Positions 35,940 to 39,116 of a DNA stretch of 39,116 bases are shown here, one piece after another. The position numbers and the translations under genes were made by a program. The notes beneath the pieces were generated by a model. That model did no database searches and had not been told where the DNA came from. It saw only the letters and a list, made by a program, of their open reading frames with translations. Every line of letters starts with the position of its first letter. The stretch's first letter is position 1. The stretch is from Octopus bimaculoides (lineage: Eukaryota), in NCBI RefSeq assembly GCF_001194135.2, contig NC_068986.1, positions 57,665,937 to 57,705,052 on the forward strand. Direction: 5' to 3'.

Positions 35940-36150
35940 TGTGTATTGTATGTATGTGTGTATGTATGTATGTATGTATGTATGTCTGTATGCATGTATC
36001 TATCTATCTATCTTTCTATCTATCTATTTATCTTTCTTTCTTTCTTTCTTTCTTTCATTCTTTCTTTCATTCTTTCTTTCATTCTTTCTACCTATCTGTA
36101 TATTTATCTTTCTGTCTGTATCTATCTATCTATCGATCGATCTATCTATT
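35940..36150. repeat. Compound (TATG)/(TATC)/(TTTC)/(TTCA) microsatellite
   Basis: Direct reading. Confidence 0.95.
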
Positions 36151-36829
36151 AATCTATCAATTTATCGATGCGCGCGCGCGCGTGTGTGTTGCGAGTACAG
36201 TTAGATGTACGACTACAATTGTATGAGTTAGAACTTTACGTAGATTACCATTAACCCAAGCTTCCACTATAGCGGTTTTTCAACCACTGAACTTAGCAGT
36301 GTTAAGTATATGTAATGGAAGTTAGCATAAACACAAGTATAAATACGTACGTTTCACCATTGGAGTCATTTGGAACTCAGTTTTGAATGTTCTAAGTGCT
36401 TTGGATGTCTGAACGCCGGAGAACATCCAGGGAACACTTTATTCCATTCTGTTACAAAGATCTAATATCCGAAGTCAGACACATGGCGAGGTAATTTAGT
36501 ATTATCATTTAGAGAAGGAAGTGCAAAGATAGCATGCAGTGTAGAGAAAATTGGAAGAGGAAAAAAACTGAAATTGTTAACTAACCACACAGTGATACGG
36601 AAAATTACTTAGGTTTTTACTTTGGATAGGAAATTTCTAAGAGCAGAGACTCTAACCAAGCATAAAAACGCCCAAACCCTATTGTCCTATAATTATATAC
36701 ACAAATACTTAAGTGTAATTTGTGTTTGTGTGCCGGGCACAATATTATTACAATTGTGCTGTTGTTTCAAATCATGCCCCGTACATAGATCATATCAAAC
36801 TAAATTCTTCATTAAACTGCATCGTACAG

Positions 36830-37025
36830 ACCTCATTCACCTGTAACCTACACATCAGATCTGCTCTTATTTGGAGGCAAATCTCCAAAGCAACCGGGAA
36901 TGAAGACAAAAGCAGGCATCTGCAATGTCAGGAGATCACAATTACTACAACAGGCCAATGAACAATCATGCAGTACAACACTACGCTTTCTCAAGCAGGA
37001 ATATCCCGAAACTAAAGACCTAGAG
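36830..37025 (+). CDS. Candidate coding exon (PHSPVTYTSDLLLFGGKSPKQPGMKTK..EYPETKDLE)
   Basis: A stop-free 65-codon frame in non-repetitive DNA between cgtacag| and GAG|gtgaca. Splice signals are moderate; no homology recognised. Confidence 0.2.
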
Positions 37026-37647
37026 GTGACAAAATGCTAAACCTCATAATGTCGAGAGAATACTCATAGCAACGGCTTCTCTATGAAATCACCAACTCTG
37101 TATCCCAAAGACATTGGCTACCTCTTCAGGGTGAGAAAATTCTTCGACTTGTTAACCCTTTACAAAGTTCATCTATGAATCACATTAAATTACCAACCTC
37201 ATACATGTACAACGTAATTTTGATATTATTTAACACAGAGACAAAAAAAAAACACAACACACACACGCACACACACACACACGTAATACCTCCTGTTTCT
37301 CAAACATTGACCGAACCCNNNNNNNNNNNNNNNNNNNNNNNNNNNNNNNNNNNNNNNNNNNNNNNNNNNNNNNNNNNNNNNNNNNNNNNNNNNNNNNNNN
37401 NNNNNNNNNNNNNNNNNNNNNNNNNNNNNNNNNNNNNNNNNNNNNNNNNNNNNNNNNNNNNNNNNNNNNNNNNNNNNNNNNNNNNNNNNNNNNNNNNNNN
37501 NNNNNNNNNNNNNNNNNNNNNNNNNNNNNNNNNNNNNNNNNNNNNNNNNNNNNNNNNNNNNNNNNNNNNNNNNNNNNNNNNNNNNNNNNNNNNNNNNNNN
37601 NNNNNNNNNNNNNNNNNNNNNNNNNNNNNNNNNNNNNNNNNNNNNNN

Positions 37648-37710
<63 letters not shown>

Positions 37711-38769
37711 ACTCTCTCTATATAAGTATACATATATATAAAGAGAGAGAGGGGGAAAGATAGACTGATATACATATACAAACTATATACATGTACATAC
37801 ACGTATACGTATGTACACGAACACAATAACATGCACGAGTGCATATATACAGCAACACATCTTTCTTTTTCCATACACACATATACTCACACACATACAC
37901 ATACAGACACACGCGCGCATATATACATGTGTGTGTGTGTGTGTGTGCATTTTGGAAAATATATGTATTTGTGTGTGTGTGCGCTCTTATTTGTCTGTCA
38001 CCGCTTGATAACCGCTGTTTGTGTGTTTACATTCTCATATATCTTAGCTGTTCGGTAAAAAGATAAAATAAAATAGTACCAAACAAAACATGTATATATT
38101 GGGGTCACTTAACCTCCCCAAAGTGATGCCTCACCATGACCGATGTCCAATATCCTGATAAGTAGTGGAATATATGTACATGGAGTTTAAATATAAGCAT
38201 TGAAACGTACTTATACGCAATTATTACTACTCAAACACAAACAACACATACACACAGATGCAAATATATATCGTGATTAAATGAAGCGTTAGACCATTCT
38301 CTAAAACTAAAACAAATAGAAAGGAGAGAAAAAGAAAAGAAAAGAAAAACGGGAAAAAAAGTAAATAAAGAAAGAAAGAATGAAAAAAGAGAGTAAGGAA
38401 GAAGGAAAAAGAGGAAAAAGAAAAAAAGACTTGCATGTTCCCCATTGCTAATTAAGCACTCCCTTCTCTGGTTTAGTTTTCGTGCGCAGAAATTAACCAT
38501 AGCTATGCCAATGATCCATAATAGATGATAACAACAGATCAATTATACTCAAATTTCGTACCTATTTATATAATAGTGGACCATATTAAACACATACACA
38601 TACAAACACACGTGCGCGCGCGCACGCACCCCCATCCTAAACGCAAGCATGTAACACGTAGATATACATATCCCTGTACATACATACACGCGCGCGCACA
38701 TACACACATCCATCCATATATACATCCATACATACGTACGTACATACATACTTACATAGATACACACAT

Positions 38770-38786
38770 ATATATATATATATAGA

Positions 38787-38858
<72 letters not shown>

Positions 38859-38861
38859 TAA

Positions 38862-38897
<36 letters not shown>
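38770..38897. repeat. (TA)/(GATA)/(GACA) compound microsatellite
   Basis: Direct reading. Confidence 0.96.
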
Positions 38898-38914
38898 AAC
38901 TTGGCGTGGCGTTA

Positions 38915-39040
38915 GCCAACAATTGATGAAGGGTCGTTGTTTTGTTTTCCATTTGTGTCTTTCATATTTCGAAAGAATAGTTATTGTTCCATGTATTCGT
39001 GCTTTGTACTCTTTTGTGGTACACGTTTCGTGACACCCTA
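38915..39040 (+). repeat. Unclassified interspersed repeat, copy 3 (diverged GACAACTGATGAAGGG family)
   Basis: GCCAACAATTGATGAAGGGTCGTT matches 32014 onward. Confidence 0.45.
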
Positions 39041-39116
39041 TACGTTTATATATATATGCATATATATACGTATAGATGTAAGTATGTACATATACGTATG
39101 TATACATTCATATATA

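Overview
This is eukaryotic, AT-rich, repeat-dominated scaffold sequence. About 4.7 kb (12%) is N, in 12 gaps, most of them flanked by microsatellites. The repeat content (tRNA-derived SINEs with ATT tails, mariner/maT fossils, RTE, Penelope and Gypsy remnants, dense di-, tri- and tetranucleotide tracts) best fits an octopus-type mollusc genome; this is an inference from recalled repeat families, not a database result. I can find no intact protein-coding gene, rRNA, true tRNA or CRISPR array. Nearly all ORFs in the track are artefacts of N-runs or microsatellites, or are decayed transposon fragments. Well-supported elements are three mariner remnants, a DD37D (maT) transposase pseudogene, a Ty3/Gypsy LTR-PBS-gag remnant, a CCHC zinc-knuckle ORF1-like remnant ending in poly(A), an RTE 5' UTR plus endonuclease remnant, a Penelope GIY-YIG remnant, two Tc1/mariner-type MITEs and several SINEs. 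The most interesting second-look items are a decayed minimal hammerhead ribozyme downstream of the Penelope remnant, an apparently ORF1-only retroelement, a structured RTE 5' end, a 180-bp duplication bracketing a possible transmembrane exon, and a ~370-bp foldback next to a promoter-like CpG patch. Several splice-flanked exon candidates hint at a host gene but cannot be assembled from sequence alone. I do not see convincing evidence of a wholly new biological system.
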